Of a stretch of DNA of 64,000 nucleotides, positions 63,561 through 64,000 are shown in pieces. Source of the stretch: Camelus ferus (taxonomy: Eukaryota); the NCBI RefSeq assembly GCF_009834535.1, contig NC_045697.1, forward strand, positions 2,544,001 to 2,608,000, read 5' to 3'. How positions within the stretch are numbered: the first letter of the stretch is position 1; every line of letters begins with the position of its first letter. The position numbers and the translations under genes are program-made. The notes under the pieces were generated by a model. That model saw nothing but the letters and a program-made list of their open reading frames with translations, searched no databases and was not told where the DNA came from.

Positions 63561-64000
63561 AATGGAATCAGTAAGCCATGTGGCTGGGCCAGCAAGTCCA
63601 GGCTGTGTGTCCCAGAGGCTGGGTGGCTCTGAGCCCCAGTACCTTCATCGGTGATACCTTGGCCTCAGCAGGTGGGAAGAGAACTGCAGGAGGACGTGGG
63701 TGTCAGGTGTACGTGGAGAGCCTGGCCCACAGTACCTCTCACCTCCCTCCACCTAGGACTGGGCTCTGATGCAAATCTCTAAGTGGAAATGAGGTCGAAT
63801 GCTCCAATCCAGATGGGGTTTATCTTTCAATGGCTGGGTCACTGGCGAGTAGAATTTGGTTCCAGAATAATTCACTGAGAATTCGGTTCCAGAATAATCC
63901 AGCCATGTGCCCGGCACTTGAATGAAAAGGATGTTAATGACACCTTTCTCACTGGACTCCAATCTTACCACACCTTCCTCATCCTGAGTCTTTGGCAGCT

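Noticed and set aside
1..64000. Identity of the host or neighbouring gene
   Set aside because: No exon is recognisable; naming a gene would be a guess without alignment.

Overview
Mammalian, GC-rich, apparently non-coding DNA. About six short tRNA-derived SINEs resemble the camelid Vic-1 family and there are camelid/artiodactyl-type L1 3' ends, with no Alu, Bov-A or SINEC seen, so a camelid (alpaca/camel) is the likely source. I cannot support any protein-coding exon, RNA gene or CRISPR array; the ORF track is explained by high GC, tandem repeats and decayed L1 ORF2. The window holds many interspersed repeats (L1M and younger L1 fragments with TSDs, MIR, L2, MER5, MER58, MLT1/MLT2, two solo LTRs), two minisatellites, a CpG island at ~61.4-62.0 kb, and several AT-rich, repeat-free, homeodomain-motif-rich blocks resembling conserved developmental enhancers. 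Every L1 segment I can orient is on the minus strand, which suggests a large intron of a plus-strand gene. I found no convincing novel biological system. The best leads are regulatory or evolutionary: motif-array minisatellites, candidate enhancers, an orphan CpG island and a GC-shifted L1 segment. Repeat family names are from remembered consensus sequences, and boundaries without a stated TSD are approximate.
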